From: Patescibacteria group bacterium | GTDB taxonomy: Bacteria > Patescibacteriota > Microgenomatia > UBA10105 > UBA927 | Direction of reading: 5' to 3' | DNA length: 64,000 nt | NCBI GenBank assembly: GCA_023379025.1 | Contig: JAMCTH010000009.1 | Location: 213,318-277,317, forward strand | Shown here: piece after piece, positions 45,255 through 55,202 of the stretch | Position numbering within the stretch: position 1 is the first letter of the stretch | Layout: every line of letters begins with the position of its first letter | Notes under the pieces: model-generated | Told to the model about the DNA's origin: nothing | The model's input: the letters and a program-made list of their open reading frames with translations, nothing else | The model's database searches: none | Translations under genes and position numbers: made by a program

Positions 45255-47189
45255 ATGTCAGAATTATTAAATCAGCCTGTTGACGTTAGTCGACCATCCA
45301 AACGTGGGGGAGAAACTCTTCAATATGAAAATCATTCTGTCACAGGTGATTTCGCATGTTTATTAACTCCCGCCCAAATAATGAGTGGAATACATACATT
45401 AGCGATGGACCTGCCTCACGATCTTGCACAAACTATCCCAGACGGTGACAATAATCAGCATAAGCGTGAGATAGTAACTGTTTCTCTATTTATTAAAGAT
45501 CACCCGGGTCTCGCAATATCGAATGAGAGGGTGCGTTGGTTAACAGAGCTCATAAAAACCCATCATCTTGAAGACGTTCGTCACCATGCCGCTGAGGCAT
45601 TCGGCGCAATGCTTGCGGTAAGCGAAGCTGATGACAAGAGAACTTTATCAGATGTACTTGGTGTTAGTCCCGATAGGGAGGGTTTCAATAGTCAAGTTAT
45701 TGATGCCTTTCAACTCGGAAAAATATATGAGACAGAAGATGTTTTCAAACATATGTCCCCGTTCATGCAAGAAGCTATTCTTCTCCGGGCCGGAAAATCA
45801 GACATTTATCGTATAGTCAATTTTCTTGACTCTCATGGTGAACAGAAAGTAGATTTACTTGAATTAGCTGGAAAAAGTCTTGACACAACTCAGCTTTCCG
45901 GACCTGCCTTTATTCAAATGGTTAGGAGTGTAATTCCAGAGAGAAACGCTTTAGGCCATGCCGATTGGAGAATAAGAGCTTTGGCAGCAGACTTCGTGCG
46001 CATTGGAGAGTTGGATGTAGATATTGAAACAATTTATGAACGTATTAAAACGGATCCCGAGGAAGAAGTTCGTGTAAGGGCTAGGAACGCTTTGGTAGCC
46101 AAACTTTCTTCATTATCTGGTTTGGAATTAGATACATGGGCAACACGATTATTAAACGATTACAATGAGCTTTCGGAACAAGAATTACGTTATGTTGCGG
46201 GAGTGCTCCCTCGGATAGTATCATTTCTATCTTCTGATAGAAAGCGGGATACAGTTACTAGTCTCATGCAGACGGGTCGTTTGCATCATGTCCCCTATAA
46301 CCGAAAAACTGCAATAAAGTCACTAGCAAAAATTGCATCCTCATTAGATGAGGAGCAGGAAGAGAGGATTAAAAATTTTATTATTGGCTCTCTTCGTGAC
46401 GTCTCTCCTCTTGTACAAGAAGAGGCATGGTTGAGTTTAGGTAAAAGATTGACAAAAACACTAAGCGCGCGACAGGCGAAGAAAATATTGGCAAACTTGT
46501 CGCTTGATGGAAAAGACTGGTACTACAAAAGTATCGTAGCGAAGGCGTTAGCACAATTAGATACTATATATCCTAGTTGGCCGACAAGTCAGACCAAACC
46601 AGATGTACTTATGTTTCCCGGAACATTCGATCCCATCCATAAAGGCCATATCGAGAGTGCGAAAGCGGCAGCTGAACTAACGGGGAGAGAGGTTTGGATA
46701 GTTCCGAACATAGTTCTTCGAAGAAAAGAACCGGTTGACATTCAGAATCGTCTTGAGCTTATTAGGAGTGCGATTGCTGACCTGCCGGATGTATTTGTTG
46801 TTCCTATAGAAATTTTATATAGAGACGGAGTGCCCATAGACACAAAATTAGATAAACGTAAGGTCCTCAGCAAATACGTTCGAGATATAGGTTTTTTAAG
46901 AGGAGCAGATGCGCTATCGCGTCCGGGATACAAAGATTCATCCAGTCCATTGAGGCACATTTTTCATGTTATTTCGTCGAGAGGCATGAAAGGAGTCAAA
47001 ACGATGCTTTTGAATGAGGGACTTCATTGGGAAGTGGTGGAGCAAAAAACAGTGGTCTCAAGTACACAAATCAGAGAGTTGTTCGGTAGCGGAAGACAAG
47101 AAGAGGCATATAAGATGCTTTTGCCTTTGCAAATACAATTGCTTAGTTCTAATCGATGGTATCCTGCTGTCAACAATAACATTGTTTGA
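45255..47189 (+). CDS. HEAT/ARM-like repeat protein fused to a C-terminal NadD-like nucleotidyltransferase (NMN/NaMN adenylyltransferase family) domain
   Basis: C-terminal (H/T)xGH motif FPGTFDPIHKGH and ISSTxIR-like VSSTQIRELF; N-terminal ~440 aa of helical repeats; markedly AT-rich gene. Confidence 0.5.
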   Translation: MSELLNQPVDVSRPSKRGGETLQYENHSVTGDFACLLTPAQIMSGIHTLAMDLPHDLAQTIPDGDNNQHKREIVTVSLFIKDHPGLAISNERVRWLTELIKTHHLEDVRHHAAEAFGAMLAVSEADDKRTLSDVLGVSPDREGFNSQVIDAFQLGKIYETEDVFKHMSPFMQEAILLRAGKSDIYRIVNFLDSHGEQKVDLLELAGKSLDTTQLSGPAFIQMVRSVIPERNALGHADWRIRALAADFVRIGELDVDIETIYERIKTDPEEEVRVRARNALVAKLSSLSGLELDTWATRLLNDYNELSEQELRYVAGVLPRIVSFLSSDRKRDTVTSLMQTGRLHHVPYNRKTAIKSLAKIASSLDEEQEERIKNFIIGSLRDVSPLVQEEAWLSLGKRLTKTLSARQAKKILANLSLDGKDWYYKSIVAKALAQLDTIYPSWPTSQTKPDVLMFPGTFDPIHKGHIESAKAAAELTGREVWIVPNIVLRRKEPVDIQNRLELIRSAIADLPDVFVVPIEILYRDGVPIDTKLDKRKVLSKYVRDIGFLRGADALSRPGYKDSSSPLRHIFHVISSRGMKGVKTMLLNEGLHWEVVEQKTVVSSTQIRELFGSGRQEEAYKMLLPLQIQLLSSNRWYPAVNNNIV

Positions 47190-47255
47190 CAAACGGGAAA
47201 TATCTTCGTAATATAGGAAAACACCTTTCGGGCAGCGTGGTTTAAAACAGAAGCC

Positions 47256-47957
47256 ATGAGTTTCGGAAAAGACACATTTGTCCTCTCTCTCGGCGGATCC
47301 CTTGTCGTTCCCGACGGCGGCATTGATACCCGATTCCTCATTGATTTTAACCGGTTTATCCGTACCCAAGTCTCCTCGCAAAAGAGGAGATTTTTTATTG
47401 TTGTCGGCGGGGGAGCGACCACCCGGCACTACCAGAGCGCCGCGCAGACCGTGCGGGGAGAAAAAATCGTTGACGAGGACTTGGACTGGCTGGGGCTTCA
47501 TGCGACCCGCCTGAATGCCCAGCTTATCCGGACCATATTCCGCGACATCGCCGATCACCGCGTGATCAAGCATTATGAGATCATCCTCAAGATCGATAAA
47601 CCCGTTGCCATCGCCGCCGGATGGAAGCCCGGCTGGAGCACGGATTACTGCGCCGTGACGCTTTGCCAGGATTACGGGATGCGGCAGGTCGTGAACCTCA
47701 CCAATGTCGATCAGGTCTACGACAAGGATCCGAAAAAATACAGCGATGCCAAACCCCTGACGGAAGTCAGCTGGAAGAAGTACCGGGCCATCACCGGGAA
47801 CACATGGACGCCGGGGATGAACCTGCCCTTTGATCCGATTGCCTCAAAGCTTGCCGACGAGTTGGGCGTGACGGTCAAAATCATGAATGGTCAGGATCTG
47901 GACAATGTCGGCCGCGCCCTGGACGGGAAGAGCTTCAAAGGAACCACGATAAAATAA
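47256..47957 (+). CDS. pyrH: amino-acid-kinase-family uridylate kinase (archaeal-type UMP kinase-like)
   Basis: VLSLGGSLVVP...FIVVGGGATTRHYQ and overall aspartokinase/UMPK fold signatures. Confidence 0.55.
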   Translation: MSFGKDTFVLSLGGSLVVPDGGIDTRFLIDFNRFIRTQVSSQKRRFFIVVGGGATTRHYQSAAQTVRGEKIVDEDLDWLGLHATRLNAQLIRTIFRDIADHRVIKHYEIILKIDKPVAIAAGWKPGWSTDYCAVTLCQDYGMRQVVNLTNVDQVYDKDPKKYSDAKPLTEVSWKKYRAITGNTWTPGMNLPFDPIASKLADELGVTVKIMNGQDLDNVGRALDGKSFKGTTIK

Positions 47958-48057
47958 CACATAATTTTATTGTTCGATTATCAAATTGTCAAAGAACGCT
48001 TCGGTTGGGTTTTGGTTTTTTCCGGGTGTCCGCGAGGGCGTGTTACAATAGGCCCGT

Positions 48058-49119
48058 ATGATCCTTTCGACCCTCTCGCTTCAGAATTTCCGGAGTTATA
48101 CGAAGCGTTCGTTTGCCTTTACTCCCGGAGTTACGCTGATTGTTGGCCCCAATACTGCAGGAAAAACAAATATTCTTGAAGCAATCACCATGCTTGCCCT
48201 GGGAAGAAGTTTCCGTGCAGAGTACGACCGGGAAGTTGTCCGGTGGGGGCAGGAGATCGCACGGGTTAAAGGAACACCCGGCGATATGACGCTTGAGCTG
48301 GTAGTAACGGATGGAAGTGTCGGCGGAAACTCAGCCCCTGCAAAAAAATATACCGTCAACGGCATCGCCCGCCGGGCCGTCGATTTTGCCGGAAATCTCA
48401 GAGTCGTCCTTTTCTGGCCGGAGGATTTGGCGCTCGTAACCAACAGCCCGGGGCTCCGGCGCCGCTACCTCGACAGCGTTTTGATCCAGACGGACCGCGA
48501 GTACAGGAGGAATCTCCTCTCCTACGAACGCGGGCTCCGGCAGAGGAACCGTCTCCTTGCCGCCATCCGCGACGGGAAGGCAAACCGGCGTGAACTCCTG
48601 TTTTGGGACCAGCTCCTTATCCGCGCCGGTTCGTTTCTTACCGACGCGAGGGCGGGGTACATCGATGCCATAAACAAATATTCCATTCCTGAAGCGGATT
48701 TTTCCGCGGTGTATGACAAAAGTGTCATATCGGAGGCGCGCCTAGCCCTATACCGGGAAGAGGAAGTTGCGGCTAAAGTGACGCTTGTCGGCCCCCACCG
48801 CGATGATTTTACCGTTTTGATCCGCTACAACGGGAGCGTGTCTCGCCGAACGGGCGAACGGGCCCTTGGCCGGTTCGGGAGCCGCGGCGAGCAGCGGCTC
48901 GGCGTTCTCTGGCTCAAGCTTGCGGAACTCTCCTATATCGAAACCGTCTGCGGTGAGAGACCGCTCCTCCTTCTGGATGATATTTTTTCCGAACTTGACG
49001 AGAGCCATCGCACCCTTGTCCTCGAGCTTATCGGCCGCCAGCAAGCCATCGTAACATCGGCGGAACCGAGTATAATAGAACGGCTTCATCAGGGCGATGC
49101 GGCGACTATTCGATTATGA
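48058..49119 (+). CDS. recF: DNA replication and repair protein RecF
   Basis: N-terminus LSLQNFRSYTKRSFAFTPGVTLIVGPNTAGKTNILEAI and C-terminal LLLDDIFSELD signature. Confidence 0.8.
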   Translation: MILSTLSLQNFRSYTKRSFAFTPGVTLIVGPNTAGKTNILEAITMLALGRSFRAEYDREVVRWGQEIARVKGTPGDMTLELVVTDGSVGGNSAPAKKYTVNGIARRAVDFAGNLRVVLFWPEDLALVTNSPGLRRRYLDSVLIQTDREYRRNLLSYERGLRQRNRLLAAIRDGKANRRELLFWDQLLIRAGSFLTDARAGYIDAINKYSIPEADFSAVYDKSVISEARLALYREEEVAAKVTLVGPHRDDFTVLIRYNGSVSRRTGERALGRFGSRGEQRLGVLWLKLAELSYIETVCGERPLLLLDDIFSELDESHRTLVLELIGRQQAIVTSAEPSIIERLHQGDAATIRL

Positions 49120-50066
49120 CGAGCGATACAAAAACGGGTAAGGAAGCCTGTATGAATCCGGTCACCCTCAAAGATCTTGAGCGGCTGTATGTGCCGCCCC
49201 ACAGCTCCCACAAAGGGCAGAACGGCAGGCTTCTTATCATCGGCGGCAGCAGTCTCTTTCATGCGGCAAGCCTGTGGGCCCTGGAAGTAGCAAGCAGGAT
49301 TGTGGATCTCGTTCATTATTCTTCAACACCGGAAAACAATGAGCTGGTCATGGATATCAAAAAAGAATTCCGTGACGGAATCGTGATACCCCGAAGCGAC
49401 CTCGATGCCTATATCGAGGAAGATGACGTGATTCTTATCGGGTTGGGCATGACCCGAGATGATGAAACCGAGTCTTTAACCAATACGGTATTGAGGAAAT
49501 ATCCTCAAAAACAATGGGTGATTGATGCCGGAGCGCTCCAGATGATGGACAATACTCTGATTCCTAAAAATGCCATTCTGACGCCGCATCAGGGAGAATT
49601 TGAAAGCCTCATTAAACGCGATGCTGAGGTCGCCGGAATAAATTTTGATTCGTCTTCAGAGGCCACTCGAAAGGTCGACCTGAGTCCAAATGATAGTCGG
49701 GTCGAAGACGAACAAAGTTTTTCAGGCTCGCCGCATCGGCTAACGGATAAGGTCAAGCTATTTTCGGAGAAATATCATTGTATAGTTCTCCTTAAGGGCC
49801 AACAGGATATTGCCTGCGACGGAGAAGGGCACTGCCGCGGCATTGCAGGGGGCAATGCCGGGATGACGAAAGGAGGTACGGGGGATGTCCTGGCAGGGCT
49901 CATCGCCGCACTGGCCTGTAAAAACGAACCGTTCCTGGCAACCATTGCCGGAAGCTACATCAACAAAAAGGCGGGTGACGAACTCTCCAGGACCGTGGGG
50001 CCGTATTTTAATGCAAGCGATCTGGCCGCAGAAATTCCCCGGGTCATGCACTCACTTCTTCCCTAG
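49116..50066 (+). CDS. nnr: ADP-dependent NAD(P)H-hydrate dehydratase (YjeF C-terminal domain)
   Basis: GGTGDVLAGLIAAL motif, carbohydrate-kinase fold; start may be the internal Met (49152). Confidence 0.6.
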   Translation: MTSDTKTGKEACMNPVTLKDLERLYVPPHSSHKGQNGRLLIIGGSSLFHAASLWALEVASRIVDLVHYSSTPENNELVMDIKKEFRDGIVIPRSDLDAYIEEDDVILIGLGMTRDDETESLTNTVLRKYPQKQWVIDAGALQMMDNTLIPKNAILTPHQGEFESLIKRDAEVAGINFDSSSEATRKVDLSPNDSRVEDEQSFSGSPHRLTDKVKLFSEKYHCIVLLKGQQDIACDGEGHCRGIAGGNAGMTKGGTGDVLAGLIAALACKNEPFLATIAGSYINKKAGDELSRTVGPYFNASDLAAEIPRVMHSLLP

Positions 50067-50315
50067 TTTTTCCACGAGCGTGGTCAGCTGGTAGGTGACC
50101 GTTACGGCAAGGATTGTGACCAGGACGGCATAGAGGAAGAGAGACAGGATACCGCTTCCCTTCGGGAGATACGGCTTAATATATGTATTGACGAATTCCT
50201 GGATGACGCTGTTCCACGCGAGGGCCGCAACCAGCCCGAAGCCGGCAGTCGAGAGTGTTACCATCTGCCGGACGATTGCAAGTCTCAGGTTTTCCGTTTG
50301 CTTTTTTTGTTCCAT
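50052..50315 (-). CDS. small membrane protein (2 TM), likely leaderless or short-leader
   Basis: Start trimmed to MEQKKQ...; a TATAAT hexamer sits 6 nt upstream of the ATG on the minus strand (forward 50322-50327). Confidence 0.4.
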   Translation of the reverse strand: MEQKKQTENLRLAIVRQMVTLSTAGFGLVAALAWNSVIQEFVNTYIKPYLPKGSGILSLFLYAVLVTILAVTVTYQLTTLVEKLGKK

Positions 50316-50356
50316 GCGGGTATTATACAGGAAATAAAAAACGGCTGCATGGTCAG

Positions 50357-51457
50357 ATGGTTCCATGGCTAAGAAAAGAATTTTTGACCAGAAAGCCCTA
50401 TCCCTATCTGTCCCCCATGTACTCACCCACTTTTTCCATTACCAACAAGCTTCTTAAGAGTATCGGCACGATAGAGGCGGCCAAAGAAGTGATTGAGAAT
50501 GCGCCGCTTGTCCCGGCATGGGAGGCAAAATTCCGTGAGGATGCGCTCGTCCGGACCGTGCATCACGGTACCCACATTGAGGGCAACGAACTCAATATCA
50601 CGGAGGCGGGGAAGGTTTTAGCCGGGGCTAAAATCGTCGGCCGGGACCGCGACATCCAGGAAGTATTAAATTACCGCAATGTCCTCAAGTTCATTGAAGG
50701 GTTTGACAAACCGGAGATATCCGATGAGGGTATTAAACATATCCACGAGCTGACGGCATACCGGATTCTTCCCGAAGAGACGGTCGGGGAGTACCGGAAG
50801 AGCCAGGTGGTCGTCAAGAACAGCCAAACCGGCGAGGTGACGTTCCGTCCGCCGCCGGCGCTTGAGGTGCCGTTTCTCGTTACGGCGTTCCTTACCTGGC
50901 TGAATAGCGCTTCAGGCGAGACCCATACGGCCATCAAAGCCGGTGTTGCCCACTATGAACTCGTCCGTATCCATCCGTTCCTTGACGGCAACGGCAGGGT
51001 CGCCCGGGCGGTTGCGACGGTCATCCTTTTCCGCGGCGGGTACGATATCAAACGGTTTTTTTCGCTTGAGGAGTACTATGACCGGGAGCCTCTCAGGTAT
51101 TACGAAGCGCTTCAGAGTGTTGCCAGGGCGGAAGGCAACCTGACCGCGTGGCTTGAATACTTTACGGAGGGTCTTGCAATTGAACTCACGCGCATCAAAG
51201 AGAAAGTCAAAACACTTTCAACCGATCTGAAGATCAAGAAATCCTTCGGCGGCCAGCAAATGGCACTGACCGAGCGGCAGATCAAAATAGTCGAGTTTAT
51301 TCAGGAAAACGGCTTCCTCCAAAACAAGGCGTTTTTTGAGCTGTTTCCGATGATCTCCGAGGATACGGTACTGCGGGAATTGAAGGACCTTCTCGAAAAG
51401 GGTATAGTGAAGAAAGAGGGGACGACCAAAGGAGCGCGGTACGTACTGAAAAACTAA
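50357..51457 (+). CDS. Fic/DOC family protein (AMPylator-type) with C-terminal winged-helix domain
   Basis: Fic motif HPFLDGNGRVAR; start uncertain (track ORF begins at 50255). Confidence 0.75.
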   Translation: MVPWLRKEFLTRKPYPYLSPMYSPTFSITNKLLKSIGTIEAAKEVIENAPLVPAWEAKFREDALVRTVHHGTHIEGNELNITEAGKVLAGAKIVGRDRDIQEVLNYRNVLKFIEGFDKPEISDEGIKHIHELTAYRILPEETVGEYRKSQVVVKNSQTGEVTFRPPPALEVPFLVTAFLTWLNSASGETHTAIKAGVAHYELVRIHPFLDGNGRVARAVATVILFRGGYDIKRFFSLEEYYDREPLRYYEALQSVARAEGNLTAWLEYFTEGLAIELTRIKEKVKTLSTDLKIKKSFGGQQMALTERQIKIVEFIQENGFLQNKAFFELFPMISEDTVLRELKDLLEKGIVKKEGTTKGARYVLKN

Positions 51458-51468
51458 ATTTTTGCTGT

Positions 51469-51675
51469 TTGATTGGTAAATTTCCGTATATGTCTCTGTC
51501 CGGACCGGGTATTACCTATATCCTTCTCGTCATCCCGACGCTTTTTGCGCTCGTTGTCATCGGTCAGGGCATTTCCAAAGTATTGAAGGCAGAAGAAGAC
51601 GGGCCGCTTGTGACGGGTTTCGGTACCGTCTTTTTGGTATTCATTGCGGCAGCCTACTGGTTCTTCATACGCTGA
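51469..51675 (+). CDS. small membrane protein
   Basis: 68-aa ORF with two hydrophobic helices. Confidence 0.3.
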   Translation: MIGKFPYMSLSGPGITYILLVIPTLFALVVIGQGISKVLKAEEDGPLVTGFGTVFLVFIAAAYWFFIR

Positions 51676-51775
51676 TACGGAAGACAGGAATACACGAGGA
51701 GCGAATAATGAAATAAAGAACTGACGTTAATACGGCATTCTGTATCGCAGTATTCCTTTAGTTCTTATTCTCTGA

Positions 51776-53527
51776 TTGGTCATGACTTTCTCGTCGCTTT
51801 CCCATTATTTTCAGAAACTTGAACAGACAGCCTCAAGAAACACCATGACCATGCTCCTCGCGGAGCTCTTTCATAAAGCAGGCAGGGACGAAATCGGGAA
51901 AATTTGTTTCCTCCTTCAGGGACGGGTTGTACCCCTCTATGACGCGCTTGAGTTTGGCGTTGCTGATAAGCTCGTGACACGCGCTATTGCGCAGGCATAT
52001 CAGGTTGCGGAATCGAAAGTAGCCGCTCAGATAAAGCATGTCGGAGACGCCGGAATAGCGGCCGAACAATGTTATCATGTTCTAGAACAGGATAACAGGA
52101 ATACCATCTCCGTAGGAGAGGTATTTCAGCAGCTGTATCAGACCGCCCGGGCGTCCGGTATCGGCTCTCAGGAGCAAAAGATCACGTTATTGGCTGGGCT
52201 CCTCCGCTCAATCGACGCGCTTTCTGCACGGTACATCGCACGGATTCCTCTGGATAAACTGCGCCTCGGGTTTTCGGATATGACCATTCTTGATGCGCTT
52301 TCGTGGATGCTTACGGGAGATAAATCGCTTCGGGTCCGTCTTGAAGAAGCCTATAATGTCCGGCCGGATATCGGGTATATCGCGGAATCGGTAAAAAAAG
52401 ACGGTATCCACGGACTCTCCCATGTCTCGGTACGCGTGGGCGCTCCTATTCTTGCCGCCCTTTGCCAGCGGCTTCCGCATGCGGATGAGATGATTAAGAA
52501 AATGGGCGAAGTTGCCGTTGAACCGAAATATGACGGCGTGCGGACGCAAATTCATGTTCAGAGGCAGGACAACGGCAGGCTCCGTGTACAGAGTTTTTCA
52601 AGAAATCTGGAAAATACAACGGCGATGTTCCCGGAACTTACCCATATTGGCGCTCAGATTCACGCCCGCGAGGTGATTCTGGACAGTGAAGCAGTGGGTG
52701 TGGATCCGAAAAGCGGCAAACTGATCCCGTTTCAGGAAACGATGACCAGAAAACGCAAGCACGGGATTGATGTGCAAAGCAGAAGCGTACCGATCCGATT
52801 TTTCGTTTTCGACATCCTCTATAAGGACGGGGAAGCATTGCTGGCAGCCCCTCTGTCCGAGCGACGGAAGATTCTTGAGGCTACCGTCGGAACGGGGAAT
52901 ATTCTGGTCGTTTCGCCGGAGATTGTGGCAGAGACGGCTGAAGAAATCAGAACGTATCACGATGAACAGCTGAAAAGGGGGCTTGAAGGGGCAGTCGTCA
53001 AAAAATGGAACAGTCCCTATGAGCCGGGGAGGCGGGGATTCAGTTGGGTGAAATTTAAGGAAGAGGAAGGACATACGGGGAAACTGACCGATACCATTGA
53101 TGCCGTGGTCATGGGGTACTATCGCGGAGAAGGAAAGAGGAGCGGATTTGGAATTGGGGCATTCCTGGTTGGCGTACGACAGAATGAATCCTTTGTAACG
53201 ATAACAAAAATTGGTACCGGCGTCTCGGATGCATTGTGGAAATTGTTGAGAGAACGGCTCAACGCAATTAAAACGAACCGTCAGCCAAAAGCATATAGCC
53301 AGGTCAATAAACTTTTTACCCCGGACGTCTGGGTTGAGCCGAACATTGTGGTTGAGATTGCAGGGGACGACCTGACGAAGTCCTCCAACCACGGGGCGGG
53401 GATCGCCGTCCGCTTCCCGCGCCTTGTCCGCATACGGACGGACAAAACGCCCCGCGAGGCGACCACGACCGGTGAACTCAATCAGATGTACCGCAAGCAG
53501 GGAGCCGGCGCCCGGCGTGGGGTATAA
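51776..53527 (+). CDS. ATP-dependent DNA ligase
   Basis: Adenylation motif I EPKYDGVRTQIHV, motif order and OB domain consistent with LigB/Lig(ATP) family. Confidence 0.75.
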   Translation: MVMTFSSLSHYFQKLEQTASRNTMTMLLAELFHKAGRDEIGKICFLLQGRVVPLYDALEFGVADKLVTRAIAQAYQVAESKVAAQIKHVGDAGIAAEQCYHVLEQDNRNTISVGEVFQQLYQTARASGIGSQEQKITLLAGLLRSIDALSARYIARIPLDKLRLGFSDMTILDALSWMLTGDKSLRVRLEEAYNVRPDIGYIAESVKKDGIHGLSHVSVRVGAPILAALCQRLPHADEMIKKMGEVAVEPKYDGVRTQIHVQRQDNGRLRVQSFSRNLENTTAMFPELTHIGAQIHAREVILDSEAVGVDPKSGKLIPFQETMTRKRKHGIDVQSRSVPIRFFVFDILYKDGEALLAAPLSERRKILEATVGTGNILVVSPEIVAETAEEIRTYHDEQLKRGLEGAVVKKWNSPYEPGRRGFSWVKFKEEEGHTGKLTDTIDAVVMGYYRGEGKRSGFGIGAFLVGVRQNESFVTITKIGTGVSDALWKLLRERLNAIKTNRQPKAYSQVNKLFTPDVWVEPNIVVEIAGDDLTKSSNHGAGIAVRFPRLVRIRTDKTPREATTTGELNQMYRKQGAGARRGV

Positions 53528-53537
53528 TAAGGGGCAC

Positions 53538-54374
53538 ATGGAAGCGCCCAGATATTCTGTGATTATTCCGGCTTTAAACGAAGAACGATTCCTCCCGACA
53601 TTACTCGCGTCTCTTGCCATCCAGCATGAGCGTGATTTTGAGGTCGTGGTTGTTGATGGGCATTCGCGGGATCGGACGGTTGCGGTCGCGAGAAGTTTTA
53701 CCGGAAAGCTTCCGTCTCTGTCGGTTCTCGAGAGTCCCAGAGCATCACTTCCTCTCCAGCGGAATATCGGTGCAGAGCGAAGCAGGGGAGCGTGGCTTGT
53801 GTTTGCCGATGCGGACAGTGTCTTTCTGCCGTATTTTCTTGAACGCATCCGTTCATACATAGACACCGAACACCCTGTGCTTTTCACTACCTGGTTCAGA
53901 CCCGACAGCGAAGTGGGCAGTGATGCGGTGCTGACCCTTCTCGGAAATCTCTTTGTGGAAGGGTCGATCCTTTTTAAACGGCAGCTGTCGCCGGGGCCGC
54001 TCACGATCGTGACGCGCGAAGCGTTCGGCCGGGTGGGCGGATATGATGAACGGCTGAGCTTCGGAGAAGACTTTGACTTTGCGCAGCGTCTGGCCGGGGA
54101 AAAAATTCCTATGACCATGCTCCGGGAGACGCTCTACATCTGGTCGATGCGCCGCATCAGAAAAGAGGGAAAACTCCGCATGCTCCAGTTTTACGCAAAA
54201 GTTTCCCTCCGCGCGCTCCTCATGAAAAAGCCGCCGAAAGATGTTCCGGACTATATTATGGGCGGTCAGCTTTACCGGAAAGGGTACCGGAAGCCCAAAA
54301 AGACTTCAGCGCTGAAAAAAGCGGAAAAGAACGTCCAGAAACTGGTGGAAGAAATCATCGGAAAAGACGTATGA
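53538..54374 (+). CDS. glycosyltransferase family 2
   Basis: YSVIIPALNEE N-terminus, DAD motif (VFADADSV); start trimmed to MEAPRYS. Confidence 0.65.
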   Translation: MEAPRYSVIIPALNEERFLPTLLASLAIQHERDFEVVVVDGHSRDRTVAVARSFTGKLPSLSVLESPRASLPLQRNIGAERSRGAWLVFADADSVFLPYFLERIRSYIDTEHPVLFTTWFRPDSEVGSDAVLTLLGNLFVEGSILFKRQLSPGPLTIVTREAFGRVGGYDERLSFGEDFDFAQRLAGEKIPMTMLRETLYIWSMRRIRKEGKLRMLQFYAKVSLRALLMKKPPKDVPDYIMGGQLYRKGYRKPKKTSALKKAEKNVQKLVEEIIGKDV

Positions 54375-55198
54375 ACAGACAAAAGCCTATCTTGTATTCG
54401 GTCATCATACCGACCCTCAATGAAGAGCGCTATATCGGCGCGTTGCTCCGGTCCCTCGCGGAACAGACGGAGAAGCATTTTGAAGTCATCGTCGTGGATG
54501 CACATTCAAAAGACGGGACGCGGGACGTTGTTGCATCATTTGGTACAAAACTCCCGTCTCTTCAGATTCTCAAAAGCGAAAAGCGGCTTATTGCAGAACA
54601 GCGCAATATCGGGGCGGCATCCGCCCGGTATGACTGGCTTGTGTTCGTCGATGCCGACAGCGTGCTCCTCCCGTATTTTTTTGAGCGGCTTTCCCTTTAC
54701 CTTGCGCATCACCGTGTTGCGGCCCTGACTACCTGGTTTAGCCCGGACAGCGAAATCCGCAAAGATGCGCTCCTGACGCTTTTTGCCAACGTGACGATCG
54801 AATCATCCGTCATGCTCAGCCGTCCGCTTGCGCCGGGGCCGCTGACGATTGTCACAAAAGCGGCACATACCAAAATCGGCGGCTACGACGGGGGGTACCG
54901 GAACGGCGAGGATGTGGATTACGGAAGGCGGTTGTTTGACAGGGGCATACCGCTCCACGTCCTGCGGGAAACCCTCTATATATGGTCATTACGGAGGTTC
55001 CGGAGGGAAGGAACGCTCCGGATGCTGGAGCGGTTTTCCGTCACGGCGCTTCTTGTGCTTGTCACCAAGAAGCCGCAGCGGTATATATCAGGCTATGATC
55101 TTGGCGGGGCACTTTACTCCCTTAAGAAATCCTCGCGGCTTTCTTTTATCCGTAAATACGAACGGCGTCTCAGGAAGCTTATGAAAGAATTCGTATAA
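54371..55198 (+). CDS. glycosyltransferase family 2 (tandem paralogue)
   Basis: YSVIIPTLNEE, VFVDADSV; ~45% identical to the upstream GT2 by eye; 4-nt overlap. Confidence 0.65.
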   Translation: MNRQKPILYSVIIPTLNEERYIGALLRSLAEQTEKHFEVIVVDAHSKDGTRDVVASFGTKLPSLQILKSEKRLIAEQRNIGAASARYDWLVFVDADSVLLPYFFERLSLYLAHHRVAALTTWFSPDSEIRKDALLTLFANVTIESSVMLSRPLAPGPLTIVTKAAHTKIGGYDGGYRNGEDVDYGRRLFDRGIPLHVLRETLYIWSLRRFRREGTLRMLERFSVTALLVLVTKKPQRYISGYDLGGALYSLKKSSRLSFIRKYERRLRKLMKEFV

Positions 55199-55202
55199 TA
55201 CT

